A stretch of DNA of 64,000 bases from Bacteroidales bacterium (GTDB taxonomy: Bacteria > Bacteroidota > Bacteroidia > Bacteroidales > FEN-979): the NCBI GenBank assembly GCA_023231005.1, contig JALNWG010000014.1, positions 9,007-73,006 on the forward strand, written 5' to 3'. This document shows positions 45,599-55,609 of this stretch, in pieces (the first letter of the stretch is position 1; every line of letters starts with the position of its first letter). The notes beneath the pieces were generated by a model. The model was not told the origin of the DNA. It made no database searches and saw only the letters and a list, made by a program, of their open reading frames with translations. Position numbers and translations under genes: made by a program.

Positions 45599-46756
45599 TT
45601 ATTTGATCACTGAAAACCTGTAAACGGTTTGTTCCGAAAATTTTTCACCTGGATTTAAAATGGTATTTGGAAACTCATGATGATTTGGAGAGTCAGGATA
45701 ATGCTGCGTTTCCAAGCAAAATCCGAAATGCTTTTCATATAGCTTTCCCTCTTTCCCCCGGAGGGTTCCATCCAGAAAATTACCTGTATAAAATTGAACT
45801 CCAGGCTGGGTCGTGAGCAATTCTAATTGCCGTCCCGTTTCCGGATCATAAACTTGAGCGGCCATCTCTAAATTTCTGCCTTTTTTTGTCAGGATATAAT
45901 TGTGATCATATCCGCCACTTACCTGTTCTATTCTCGAACCAATTGGTTCTGAGGCATTAAAATCCATACAAGTATGGGTAACAGGAAGTATTTTTCCTGT
46001 CGGAATTAATTCCCCATCAACCGGAGTATACTGGTCAGCATATAAAGTAAGTATGTGATTTAAAACATCCCGGTTTGCTCCATTCAAATTAAAATAGGAA
46101 TGATTACAAAGATTGACTGGTGTAGGTTTATCAGAGGTTGCTTCAAAGAGCGCAGAGAATTCGTTATTATTGTTCAGAGTGTAAGTCACTTTCACATTTA
46201 AATTTCCAGGGTAACCTTCTTCACCATCGCGACTGAGATATGTTAGAACAAGACCAACCATTGTAGAATCACCAATCTCCTTTGCCTGCCAAATCATCTT
46301 GTCAAATCCTTTAATTCCGCCATGCAAACTGTTCTTTCCATCGTTAACAGCCAATTGATAATGCTTTCTATCCAGTGTAAATTGTCCACGGGCGATTCGG
46401 TTGGCATAACGTCCAACAATTGCTCCAAAATAGGGGCATCCGTCAAGATATTGCTGCAAACTGTCGAATCCCAGAACGATATCTCCAGCTTTCCCATTTC
46501 TATCAGGAACAATGATAGACGTAATTATTGCCCCATAATTGGTTATCTTAACGATAATTCCATTACTATTGTGCAACGTGAACAAGGAAATTTCTTTATT
46601 ATTTACAGTCCCAAAATGTGTTTTCATGATCGATATGTTTAATGAATCCTCCTTTTCATGATCTGATCCGGTAAGCTGAAATTTCACTGTATTATTGCAC
46701 GAATCCATCATTTCCAAAAAGATCAGGGAAATAAAAACAAGAAAAAATTGTTTCAT
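45599..46756 (-). CDS. galM: aldose 1-epimerase (galactose mutarotase)
   Basis: GYPG, NLCNHSYFNL and FCLETQHYPDSPN blocks. Start trimmed to MKQFFLVFISL..DSC (lipoprotein-type signal). Confidence 0.85.
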   Translation of the reverse strand: MKQFFLVFISLIFLEMMDSCNNTVKFQLTGSDHEKEDSLNISIMKTHFGTVNNKEISLFTLHNSNGIIVKITNYGAIITSIIVPDRNGKAGDIVLGFDSLQQYLDGCPYFGAIVGRYANRIARGQFTLDRKHYQLAVNDGKNSLHGGIKGFDKMIWQAKEIGDSTMVGLVLTYLSRDGEEGYPGNLNVKVTYTLNNNNEFSALFEATSDKPTPVNLCNHSYFNLNGANRDVLNHILTLYADQYTPVDGELIPTGKILPVTHTCMDFNASEPIGSRIEQVSGGYDHNYILTKKGRNLEMAAQVYDPETGRQLELLTTQPGVQFYTGNFLDGTLRGKEGKLYEKHFGFCLETQHYPDSPNHHEFPNTILNPGEKFSEQTVYRFSVIK

Positions 46757-46962
46757 GACCAGAAGATTATAAATCATTACAAACCTACTCAAAATTGAAG
46801 AAACAAAATACATTATTGGTACTTTTACGGATGAAAAGTAATGTCATCCTTTGAGAACAAATCACTAGTGATCGTTACTCTGGCCAATGTCCCCTGGTTT
46901 CTTTTCCCGATTTTTCTTGTTTGGAAGATCTGGAAAAACGAATATCCTTTTTTTCGTGAATC

Positions 46963-48198
46963 TTAATGGATTGAATCAAGTTTTAATTTCAGGCCTGTTG
47001 TCAATTTCTGAAATTGAACCATGCTGGATTGAGCTACCGGAGTAGCTGGTGGTGAGACCAGTTTCAGCGGATCGGTGGGCTTTCCGTTTTGATAGACCCG
47101 AAAATCGAGATGAGCTCCTGTGGACAATCCACTACTACCGACAAAACCAATGATTTCACCTTGCTTGACCTGATTTCCAGGTTTGATGCCGGGAGCATAA
47201 CCGGAAAGGTGAGCATAAGAAGTTGCAAATGAAGAATTATGACGGATCCCGATGTATCGTCCAAAGCCGCCATGCCACCCAACTTCCGTTACTCTGCCAT
47301 CGCCAAGCGCAACTACCGGAGTGCCCCGGGGGGCAGAATAGTCTACTCCAAAATGAGGACGAAATATACGTAATATCGGGTGCATCCGGGCCTTTGAGAA
47401 ACGTGAGGAAATCCTTGAAAACTTTAAAGGAGCTTTCAGAAATGTACGCTGTAGACTCTGCCCGTTTTCATCAAAATAACTACCGTTAACTCCCTGGTCA
47501 AAATAAAAAGCGTAATAATCTTTCCCACCACTCGTAAAAACAGAACCTAAAATCTTATCGATCCCGATCATCACTTTATCAACAAACAACTCTTCATAGA
47601 TGACCTTGAAATGATCCCCCTTCTGTAACCCATAAAAATCAACATTCCAGGCATAAACATCCGAAAGCGCTAACCCCAGATTAATATCCAGACGATTTTC
47701 GATAAAACAATTCCAAAGCGAACTGGTAATTGTCCCCTGAGCCGATTTTATCAACCGGTTCACTCTTTTCTTGTCTTTGTAAACATTGAGTGAATCACGG
47801 AAATCATAAACCACAAAATCAATTTGGTTGATTTCATATACAAAATATAGGGTTTTATGCGCAGTATCCCTTGTGGTTATAAAAGCATACCGGTTACCGG
47901 TGTGCAGCTTCCTAACGTCAAAGATTTCCCGCGTCTCCTTCGCAATTTTATCGATAATCTGGCCCGATACTACTGGTGACAATATGTCAGAAAGATTCTC
48001 ATTGTTCGCCACCGTTCCATAAGAAACTTGAAGGCTGTCGAGTTTTATTTTATAAACCATTCCGGAAGAAATTGGTTTTGATCTTATCGGAGGATTCTTT
48101 TTCAGGAGATCGGGAATCCAGAAGGCGATAAGTATTACGATAGTCATTACAACGATTAATGAAATAATGGAATATATTCTGAATGTCGGTTTGAGCAT
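46963..48198 (-). CDS. M23 family peptidoglycan DD-metalloendopeptidase
   Basis: HFGVDY and GSSGLSTGAHLDFRV motifs. N-terminal membrane anchor. Confidence 0.85.
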   Translation of the reverse strand: MLKPTFRIYSIISLIVVMTIVILIAFWIPDLLKKNPPIRSKPISSGMVYKIKLDSLQVSYGTVANNENLSDILSPVVSGQIIDKIAKETREIFDVRKLHTGNRYAFITTRDTAHKTLYFVYEINQIDFVVYDFRDSLNVYKDKKRVNRLIKSAQGTITSSLWNCFIENRLDINLGLALSDVYAWNVDFYGLQKGDHFKVIYEELFVDKVMIGIDKILGSVFTSGGKDYYAFYFDQGVNGSYFDENGQSLQRTFLKAPLKFSRISSRFSKARMHPILRIFRPHFGVDYSAPRGTPVVALGDGRVTEVGWHGGFGRYIGIRHNSSFATSYAHLSGYAPGIKPGNQVKQGEIIGFVGSSGLSTGAHLDFRVYQNGKPTDPLKLVSPPATPVAQSSMVQFQKLTTGLKLKLDSIH

Positions 48199-48415
48199 GA
48201 GTGAAAGATATGTTAATTGAAGATGAGATTGATTTTAACGATTTTCGGACAGTTATCTAATCTAAAAAAACAATATTGAGAATTGGTATGAGGTTTCCTG
48301 ACTTCACAACGATTTTGTTCCTTTATGTTTTTTTTACGACTACAAAGATACCGTTTCATGGAAATATAAATTTATATTTGTTAGGTGAATTCGTTTCTTA
48401 AACCCACATTAACTC

Positions 48416-50146
48416 ATGAATGATACATTTACATTAAGCTGGATTGATTATTCCATCATGATCGTGTATTTCGTTTTTGTCCTTGGTATTGGGTGGGCAT
48501 TAAAACGTTACATGAAAACGGCCAATGCCTTTCTGGAAGCTGGTCGCGCCATGCCAGCCTGGGTGGCGGGATTGGCTTTTATCTCTACCAATCTAGGTGC
48601 CCTTGAAGTGATGGGAATGACTGGTTCAGGTGCAAAATACGGCATGTTGACCACCCATTTTTACTGGGTAGGGGCTATTCCAGCCATGGTATTTCTGGCT
48701 TTGTTTATGATGCCTTTTTATTACGGATCCAAGGCACGGTCAGTACCAGAATATCTAAAATTACGCTTTGATGAAAAAACCCGGGGTTTGAATGCCATTC
48801 TTTTTGCCGTGATGACCATTCTTGCTTCTGGTATCTCCATGTATGCGCTTGCCATTCTGATGGAAAGGGTGTTGGGATGGAATTTTCATCTGAGCCTGGT
48901 CCTTTCGGCAGCCATTGTCCTTGGATATACATATCTTGGAGGCTTGTCATCTGCCATTTATAACGAAGTTCTGCAATTCTTCATTATCGTGATCGGATTG
49001 TTGCCCATCGTTTTTCTTAGTCTGCAGGATTTAGGGGGCTGGTCAGGAATGAAAGAACAATTGGCCCCCATCGTTTCTGCTAAGGGATTTGCTCCGGATA
49101 CCTGGACTACCACCTGGAAATATACCGGTTCAGCTACCGCCAATCCTATGGGTGTTGAATGGTATGGCATCTTTTTCGGATTGGGATTTGTTCTTTCTTT
49201 CGGATATTGGTGTACCAACTTCCTGATCGTACAACGTGCCATGTCGGCCAAATCACCGACCGCTGCCCGAAACACCCCTTTGATTGGTGCCATCCCAAAG
49301 ATGTTTATCCCTTTTTTAATTGTTGTCCCCGGTATTGCAGCCCTGGTACTGTTGAACAAACCAGGATCCGGATTTATTTTGCCTGAAATATCACCGGGTC
49401 ATTATAATTATGACTATACCATTATTGCCTTACTGAAACAATACCTTCCTGCAGGTGTTCTCGGTCTCGGAATTACGGCACTTTTGGCTTCTTTCATGTC
49501 GGGTATGGCGGGTAACGTTTCGGCCTTCAACACTGTATGGACTTACGACATCTATCAAAGCTATATCCGTCCAACAACCGGAAATAAGGAGTCCGATGAA
49601 AAGCACTATCTCACCGTCGGACGGTTGGCAACAATTTTCGGAGTGGTTGTCAGCATTGCCGCCGCGTATTTAGCCAGTTTATTCGGGAATATCATGGACT
49701 TTCTCCAGACTATTTTCTCCATGATCAATGCCCCTTTATTCGCTGTGATCATTTTGGGGATGTTTTGGAAACGGACAACAGGTCATGCAGCCTTTACCGG
49801 CTTGCTATCAGGATTCCTTGTTGCCTTGCTGCACCATGGGGTCACTTCTCCTTTGGGTGCCACTACTTTAGTTAAAGGAGGATGGATTTGTCACCTATAC
49901 ACCTATCCTGTTGAAATGGCTCAGAATTTCTGGACTGCAATCTTTGCATGGTGTACCGCCACCATTGTAACCATAGTCATTTCGTTGGTTACAAAACAAC
50001 TGAAATCCGACGATGACCTTAAAGGGCTGGTTTATTCACTTACTCCGAAATTCAAGGAAGAGAATGTTCCCTGGTATTCCAGATCAACTACCCTGGCTAT
50101 CATTGTACTCACCATTGCTACCATCTTAACCATATTATTCTGGTAA
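48416..50146 (+). CDS. sodium:solute symporter (SSF/SGLT family)
   Basis: ~13-14 TM helices and SSF-type GG..SAIYNEV region. 576 aa. Confidence 0.8.
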   Translation: MNDTFTLSWIDYSIMIVYFVFVLGIGWALKRYMKTANAFLEAGRAMPAWVAGLAFISTNLGALEVMGMTGSGAKYGMLTTHFYWVGAIPAMVFLALFMMPFYYGSKARSVPEYLKLRFDEKTRGLNAILFAVMTILASGISMYALAILMERVLGWNFHLSLVLSAAIVLGYTYLGGLSSAIYNEVLQFFIIVIGLLPIVFLSLQDLGGWSGMKEQLAPIVSAKGFAPDTWTTTWKYTGSATANPMGVEWYGIFFGLGFVLSFGYWCTNFLIVQRAMSAKSPTAARNTPLIGAIPKMFIPFLIVVPGIAALVLLNKPGSGFILPEISPGHYNYDYTIIALLKQYLPAGVLGLGITALLASFMSGMAGNVSAFNTVWTYDIYQSYIRPTTGNKESDEKHYLTVGRLATIFGVVVSIAAAYLASLFGNIMDFLQTIFSMINAPLFAVIILGMFWKRTTGHAAFTGLLSGFLVALLHHGVTSPLGATTLVKGGWICHLYTYPVEMAQNFWTAIFAWCTATIVTIVISLVTKQLKSDDDLKGLVYSLTPKFKEENVPWYSRSTTLAIIVLTIATILTILFW

Positions 50147-50212
50147 AACACATCAATATGTTGCTACGTCACACTGTTACCACAACATCTTTTTTACAAA
50201 AAATCAAACGAA

Positions 50213-50425
50213 ATGGGCATTGACATAAAATTTCCAATCGGACTAATGTTCAGTATTTTTGGGATACTGCTTACCTTTTACGGTTTGTTCACATATAACG
50301 ATACGGCATTTTACAGCCGATCCCTTGGAATCAATGTAAATCTCTGGTCGGGACTCGGAATGACCGTCTTTGGGTTCTTTATGCTTTTCTTAGCGTTCCG
50401 GACATATAAATCCAAAAAATCATGA
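50213..50425 (+). CDS. small two-TM membrane protein
   Basis: Two hydrophobic helices in 70 aa. Its stop lies 1 nt before the ogt ATG (TGATATG). Confidence 0.45.
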   Translation: MGIDIKFPIGLMFSIFGILLTFYGLFTYNDTAFYSRSLGINVNLWSGLGMTVFGFFMLFLAFRTYKSKKS

Positions 50426-50426
50426 T

Positions 50427-50918
50427 ATGAACCATATTCAGCGGGCTTTTTTGAAGACCCCCATCGGATTCCTGGAGATTACAGGTTCTGAACAGGGTAT
50501 ACAAAGTCTCAATTTCCTCAACTTCCGGGTTCGCATTCATCGGGTACCTTCTAATCTTAAATCCTGCATTGAACAATTAGAAGAATATTTTGAGGGATCC
50601 CGGCAGGCTTTTTCAATGACTCTGGATCTTGAAGGATCACCTTTTCGGCTCAAAGTCTGGCAGGAATTGTTGAAAATACCTTATGGGACAACTATTTCCT
50701 ATCTGGAATTAGCCCGTCGCATCGGGAATATCAAAGCATTACGTGCTGTAGGAGGTGCCAATAGGAACAATCCCGTATCTATCCTTATTCCTTGCCACCG
50801 GGTTGTTGGTTTTAATGGAAAACTTGTTGGATATGCCGGAGGTCTCTGGCGAAAAAAATGGTTGCTTGAACATGAACATGCTTTTGCCCAGCGTGACCTT
50901 TTTTATGAACGGGTTTAA
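50427..50918 (+). CDS. ogt: methylated-DNA--protein-cysteine methyltransferase
   Basis: IPCHRVV active site, preceded by ALRAVGGANRNNP. Confidence 0.9.
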   Translation: MNHIQRAFLKTPIGFLEITGSEQGIQSLNFLNFRVRIHRVPSNLKSCIEQLEEYFEGSRQAFSMTLDLEGSPFRLKVWQELLKIPYGTTISYLELARRIGNIKALRAVGGANRNNPVSILIPCHRVVGFNGKLVGYAGGLWRKKWLLEHEHAFAQRDLFYERV

Positions 50919-50931
50919 TGAAACAGCCTTT

Positions 50932-51837
50932 CTAATTCTTCAGGATCCATGCATCTTTGTACTTCTTCTTTACCTCTTTCAGCTTGTGCTGAGCCTCAGT
51001 TTTATCCTGAAAGGTAAAAACCGACACCCTGCATTTTTCATCTTTTTCAATGATTTTTGCCTGTGAGTACCCTTCTATTATAAGTTTGGCAACGAGTTGG
51101 TCTGCGATCTTTTTCGTAAGGTTTGTCCTGACTATAATCTCGTAGTTGATTGGCAATTTGGGGATGGAATCATTGATTTTTAGGTCTTTTTTTTCTGCCG
51201 GATCCAGAACCGGAACCAGGTTAGCCACACCACAAACTACGGGTTTCCCTTCTGCATCAGAAACCTCACCAAACCAAGCACAAGCATAATTTTCATACAA
51301 GGATATCCCGATGGCATTCCATTTTTTTCCCAACCATTTTCCACTATTGGTTAAAAAGCTATTAAAATAGGGTTCCGTTTTCCATACCTTCAGCACCGTG
51401 TCTATTTCAACCGGGTTGTTCTCCCAATATACAATCTCATAACCTTTTCCCGGATAAGTAGTCAATTCTCTTGGTTTATCCCATACCGAACTCTTTTTAC
51501 TTTCATCCCCGGGATAACAAAAAGGTTTCCAAGAACCCTTATCGGACCATGAATGAGAATTACACTCCCCCTGGTCGGGATGATGAAAAAAAAGATCTTT
51601 CATGTGAAGGGAAGCTACATAACATAACGATTTCGAAAGAGGAAGAGGAGCAAGGTTTTGCTTTTTCCGGTAAAGATTCACAAGCTCGTATAATTTTTGT
51701 TCTGCTGCACTGATACAAAACTCCTGAGGAACCGACTTCCCTTGTTTTATCAATCCCTGTGCGCCTAATGAAGTCAGGGTAATGCCTGACATTTTTAAAA
51801 CACAAAGAAAAAGAAAAGCGATACCGATGTTTTTCAT
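50932..51837 (-). CDS. secreted CAP (SCP/PR1-like) domain protein with C-terminal SPOR-like domain
   Basis: Signal peptide. The block LYELVNLYRKKQNLAPLPLSKSLCYVASLHMKD is CAP-like. The C-terminal ~70 aa have a SPOR-like beta-alpha-beta pattern. Confidence 0.5.
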   Translation of the reverse strand: MKNIGIAFLFLCVLKMSGITLTSLGAQGLIKQGKSVPQEFCISAAEQKLYELVNLYRKKQNLAPLPLSKSLCYVASLHMKDLFFHHPDQGECNSHSWSDKGSWKPFCYPGDESKKSSVWDKPRELTTYPGKGYEIVYWENNPVEIDTVLKVWKTEPYFNSFLTNSGKWLGKKWNAIGISLYENYACAWFGEVSDAEGKPVVCGVANLVPVLDPAEKKDLKINDSIPKLPINYEIIVRTNLTKKIADQLVAKLIIEGYSQAKIIEKDEKCRVSVFTFQDKTEAQHKLKEVKKKYKDAWILKN

Positions 51838-51846
51838 ATTACTGAA

Positions 51847-53334
51847 TTACTGAAATTTAAGACCATCTAACCCTACATGAAACCCGTTGGAATTTGTATC
51901 CTTCCCATTAATAACAAACCGTATATCAACCGACGACTTTACTCCTGAAAGATTGGAAGAATCAGAGATGATGACCTTGCCATTTGGGAGAATAAATGGG
52001 CTGTAACCATTAATTTCACCTGCTTTTTGATTCCCGATAAAAACATCGGCATTCCCATATTCCGGCCCTTTTGTATAATAAATAATTACTTGTTTGAATC
52101 CTTCTTTTATTCCATTGACAGACAGAGTAAAAGAAGATTTGTTGTAAGATTCAATAAGTAGCTGTTTGTTTCCTCCCCAATCAGGTCCATATTCCGACAT
52201 ATCCATTATTCTTGATTTCAGTCCTTCCAGGTTAAATTTCAGCTTTTCTGCTTCGATCATCCGGGCAGGCTTGACGACCCTCAGGGGGATACGCTGTCCG
52301 GCCGGAGGGAAAGGAGGAAATGGCTGGTGTGGTTCCAACTGATACCAGAATACAGTAGAACTATAATCTGCAATCTCACTGTTATTATGACCATGTTCAA
52401 TGGTAAACTTAATGTTTTTTCGGAAGGGAATCGGGTCTAAAACAAAGAAACGATAAGCGGAAATCCGGCCCAAAGAATCGTTCTTTTCTGTCAGACCATT
52501 TAACGGACCTGAATATTGACCATTTCTGAAATTTAACCCACCAGAGAAAAAATCATCGGTCCCAGTACCGTGAATAGAAGGTCTTTTTTCACCATCCACA
52601 TATACCATTTCATCCCCTTCTAAAAACCTCATACTCCCATCATAAGACTGAATATTCAGGTTTACTCCAACAATATGTCCTTTCCCAACTGCCTTCAGTA
52701 GCATGTAATTGGTATCATAATCGGTCCGGATACTCCGATTCCATTGAGCATGCAAATAACCAACTTCCGGATCAAGAGCTCCTTCAAACTTCTGGTAATC
52801 TACCTGAAAAAACAAGTTATTTACTATTAATCGGGTTTGGTTCACAATTTCTATTCTGGCATTTTTTTCAAAGGGCATTGGTAAATAGCAAAAATACCCT
52901 CCATTTGACATTCCCATGAACTGAGAAATATGATTCTGGTATTTAAATCCAGAACCAAAAAAATCACCCAGCGGAACTTCAACTGAAGGACGGGCTTCAT
53001 CATCCCAAAAAATACGAACTACAATCCTGCGTAAGAAAAACGGATCTTTCGAATCGATCGACATCCAGAACCTGGTAATCATTCCGGGACCTTCTACATT
53101 AAAAATCGTGGCGTTTTTTCCCGCTGGAATGATGATATAATCCTTATTCCCCCCAGTCTGATCATAACTTGAAATCTGGATCATCTTACAGTTTTTCAGA
53201 TAGGGCAGGGCAGCAGGACTAAGCAATCGTTGAATGTCCATACGATTTCCCGTATTGCAGGAAATCAAAAAGATCATAAAAAACATTGACAACAAAGTAT
53301 AGCCTGAAAATCTTTTCATAATGGTAACATTCAT
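51847..53334 (-). CDS. DUF2961 / GH172 family protein
   Basis: ISSYDQTGGNKD near the N-terminus is the characteristic DUF2961 opening. An alternative start at 53319 (MKRFSG...LISC) gives a lipobox. Confidence 0.7.
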   Translation of the reverse strand: MNVTIMKRFSGYTLLSMFFMIFLISCNTGNRMDIQRLLSPAALPYLKNCKMIQISSYDQTGGNKDYIIIPAGKNATIFNVEGPGMITRFWMSIDSKDPFFLRRIVVRIFWDDEARPSVEVPLGDFFGSGFKYQNHISQFMGMSNGGYFCYLPMPFEKNARIEIVNQTRLIVNNLFFQVDYQKFEGALDPEVGYLHAQWNRSIRTDYDTNYMLLKAVGKGHIVGVNLNIQSYDGSMRFLEGDEMVYVDGEKRPSIHGTGTDDFFSGGLNFRNGQYSGPLNGLTEKNDSLGRISAYRFFVLDPIPFRKNIKFTIEHGHNNSEIADYSSTVFWYQLEPHQPFPPFPPAGQRIPLRVVKPARMIEAEKLKFNLEGLKSRIMDMSEYGPDWGGNKQLLIESYNKSSFTLSVNGIKEGFKQVIIYYTKGPEYGNADVFIGNQKAGEINGYSPFILPNGKVIISDSSNLSGVKSSVDIRFVINGKDTNSNGFHVGLDGLKFQ

Positions 53335-53346
53335 CTGGCAAATGTA

Positions 53347-55491
53347 CTATTTCTTATTTTCTTCAATCAGCAATTTTGAAATGATTGCATCCCAAATATA
53401 ATTTGAGGGACAATTTAAATTCTCATTGTCGGGACTGTAAGATTCCCAGTAATTATGATTTTTGGATAATTGAATGGTCACCGCATCCATCATTTTTCCA
53501 GCCAGTTGATGAGCAATATCCTCATAACCATACTTACGAAGTCCGTCATATACCATATAATCCCAAAGCAACCATACCGGGCCATTCCATTTACAACAAT
53601 AATCCACATTGGGATTATACCATGGATCCTGAGCCGAAAGGGTAGGTACCCCGTACCTGCGCCAGAATTTAGTAGTATCGGTAAGTGATCGAATCAGTCG
53701 TTCAGCCCGGTACCTAGGTGCTACTTCTGCCCATAATGCCAAAAAACAGATAATCTCCTGCCGTTTCAAATCACGGGTCATGAACTGAAAGGTATGGTCT
53801 TTTTTGTTGACAGAATAATAAAATCCTGTGGTTTCATCCCACATCCGCTCATTGACCAATCTGGCAGTCATTTCAGCCAGTTCCTTCCATTTGCACGATT
53901 CCGTTTCCTTTCCAAGAATCAAGGCCATTCTGGCAAGGCTTCGTTCTTCCCTGATCACCATCAAGGTCAGATCCAAACACTCCAGCTCATCGGAAATGTC
54001 TTCCTTATCAACATCCAGATAGCGTTCAGCCGAAACCTGGAATACCGCATTATACCAATCTCTAACATTTTCTATGATCCCATTCGGCCCCCATTCAAAG
54101 GTGCCGTCGTGATCGGTATCCCTGTTTTGAATCAGCCACTCCACATATTTTACGCCGGAAGAATAAGCATCCTTCAGAAATTGTTTATCCTTACTCACTT
54201 CATAGATTTCCAGATTGATCCAACTGAAAAATGGAGCCGATGTGGTTGACATATTCTTATGAGGATAATCTTGTATCCCCCTGGGACCATGTCGATAGGC
54301 AATCAATCCGTCGTCGCGTTGTTGCTCCATATATACCCGTTGGGAACCCTGGGCCGAAGCAGGGTCCATATATGCGTAGGCCATCATGCTAAGCGACTCG
54401 TGCATTACCTGATGTCCGTGTCCCCATCCCCATAAAGGATTCCGCGAAAAAACATAAAAATTGTACTTTGTTTTTCCGGTAGGTGGATACATACATCCCC
54501 GAGCCAGGTTAAAGGCGCTTAGGTAGGCAATCTTTTCCGATGGTTTCTTAAAATTGATCCGTGGAATTTTTGAATAAAGGATGAGATCATCATCGTAATA
54601 GGTTTTTAGCATGAAATTCCGGACAGAATCCACGACATTCATCAACTTCCCGGGCTCTTCTTCCTGATTCTGAACTCCGCGAAGGTATCTGAAATTGACC
54701 CGCTCTCCAGGTTTCAACCGTTTCTTTAAATTCAAAGCAATAAAATCAACATATCCAGATGATTCCATATTTAACGAATCACCCCGTTTATCGGAATAGA
54801 AATCGGTTTTGATATGGTTGTAAAAATCCTCCATGGTCCCATGATAACCACCATGGGATGCAGTTTTCACATTGGCTGTAAAAAAATCACTCATCCGGGT
54901 CGGATAACCATATTCTGTTTTCAGACTGCTGATCAGACGATACGGATTTTCATAGCGGTAAGTGATATATCCATCGTTCGGTTCATCATATTTCACCATT
55001 TTCAATGAATCATTACTGGTTTCGAGTACAGGATAAACAGCTACCTCATGAATCGTCGTACTGGTATTTCTGATCTCCATGTTTACCAATGCAATGGAAG
55101 AACTATATACAAAGAAAGTCTCTCTTACTTTTATCCCGTTAAAAGGTTCATATTCCAGAATGGCCATATCGGGAAACGAAAATTTTACCACCGGTTTCAC
55201 CAGGTATTCTCCGATATTCGGAATTACAACCCCGTCCACTTTCCAAACACAGAACATCGTCCCGGCTTGGTCGGACGAATAGCTTACCGGTTTGCAATCA
55301 GAGTAGTAATCCATTTTGTATGCCTTGTCGCAATATAGTTGCGATCGGGCCATAGCCGCTGCATAAGTGGTATAAAGCGGATCGTTGGCCTTTGCGTTGA
55401 TCCGCAAATAATCTTCGATGGGCTTGAACTGTTGGGCAAGAGAAATTTGAATTAACAGTGGAAACAGGAGCAAAAGAAATATTCTCTTCAT
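53347..55491 (-). CDS. (alpha/alpha)6-barrel glycoside hydrolase, GH63/GH37-like
   Basis: Signal peptide. DHDGTFEW and WNGPVWLLWDYMVYDGLRKYGY blocks resemble trehalase / GH63 / MGH1-like catalytic domains. Confidence 0.55.
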   Translation of the reverse strand: MKRIFLLLLFPLLIQISLAQQFKPIEDYLRINAKANDPLYTTYAAAMARSQLYCDKAYKMDYYSDCKPVSYSSDQAGTMFCVWKVDGVVIPNIGEYLVKPVVKFSFPDMAILEYEPFNGIKVRETFFVYSSSIALVNMEIRNTSTTIHEVAVYPVLETSNDSLKMVKYDEPNDGYITYRYENPYRLISSLKTEYGYPTRMSDFFTANVKTASHGGYHGTMEDFYNHIKTDFYSDKRGDSLNMESSGYVDFIALNLKKRLKPGERVNFRYLRGVQNQEEEPGKLMNVVDSVRNFMLKTYYDDDLILYSKIPRINFKKPSEKIAYLSAFNLARGCMYPPTGKTKYNFYVFSRNPLWGWGHGHQVMHESLSMMAYAYMDPASAQGSQRVYMEQQRDDGLIAYRHGPRGIQDYPHKNMSTTSAPFFSWINLEIYEVSKDKQFLKDAYSSGVKYVEWLIQNRDTDHDGTFEWGPNGIIENVRDWYNAVFQVSAERYLDVDKEDISDELECLDLTLMVIREERSLARMALILGKETESCKWKELAEMTARLVNERMWDETTGFYYSVNKKDHTFQFMTRDLKRQEIICFLALWAEVAPRYRAERLIRSLTDTTKFWRRYGVPTLSAQDPWYNPNVDYCCKWNGPVWLLWDYMVYDGLRKYGYEDIAHQLAGKMMDAVTIQLSKNHNYWESYSPDNENLNCPSNYIWDAIISKLLIEENKK

Positions 55492-55609
55492 GGAGAAAAT
55501 TGATATGGTTCAATCGTGGGTAAATTTAAGAAAACTATATGGAGTCATGCATAGAGGTGGCTTAATTTTTATATTTTAGCTGACTGAATTTCACCTAAAA
55601 AAAGTAACG

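Noticed and set aside
46930-46962. Possible terminator hairpin (ACGAA..TTCGT followed by a T-run on the minus strand) after the M23 peptidase gene
   Set aside because: The stem is only 5 bp and AT-rich, which is not distinguishable from background in this AT-rich DNA.
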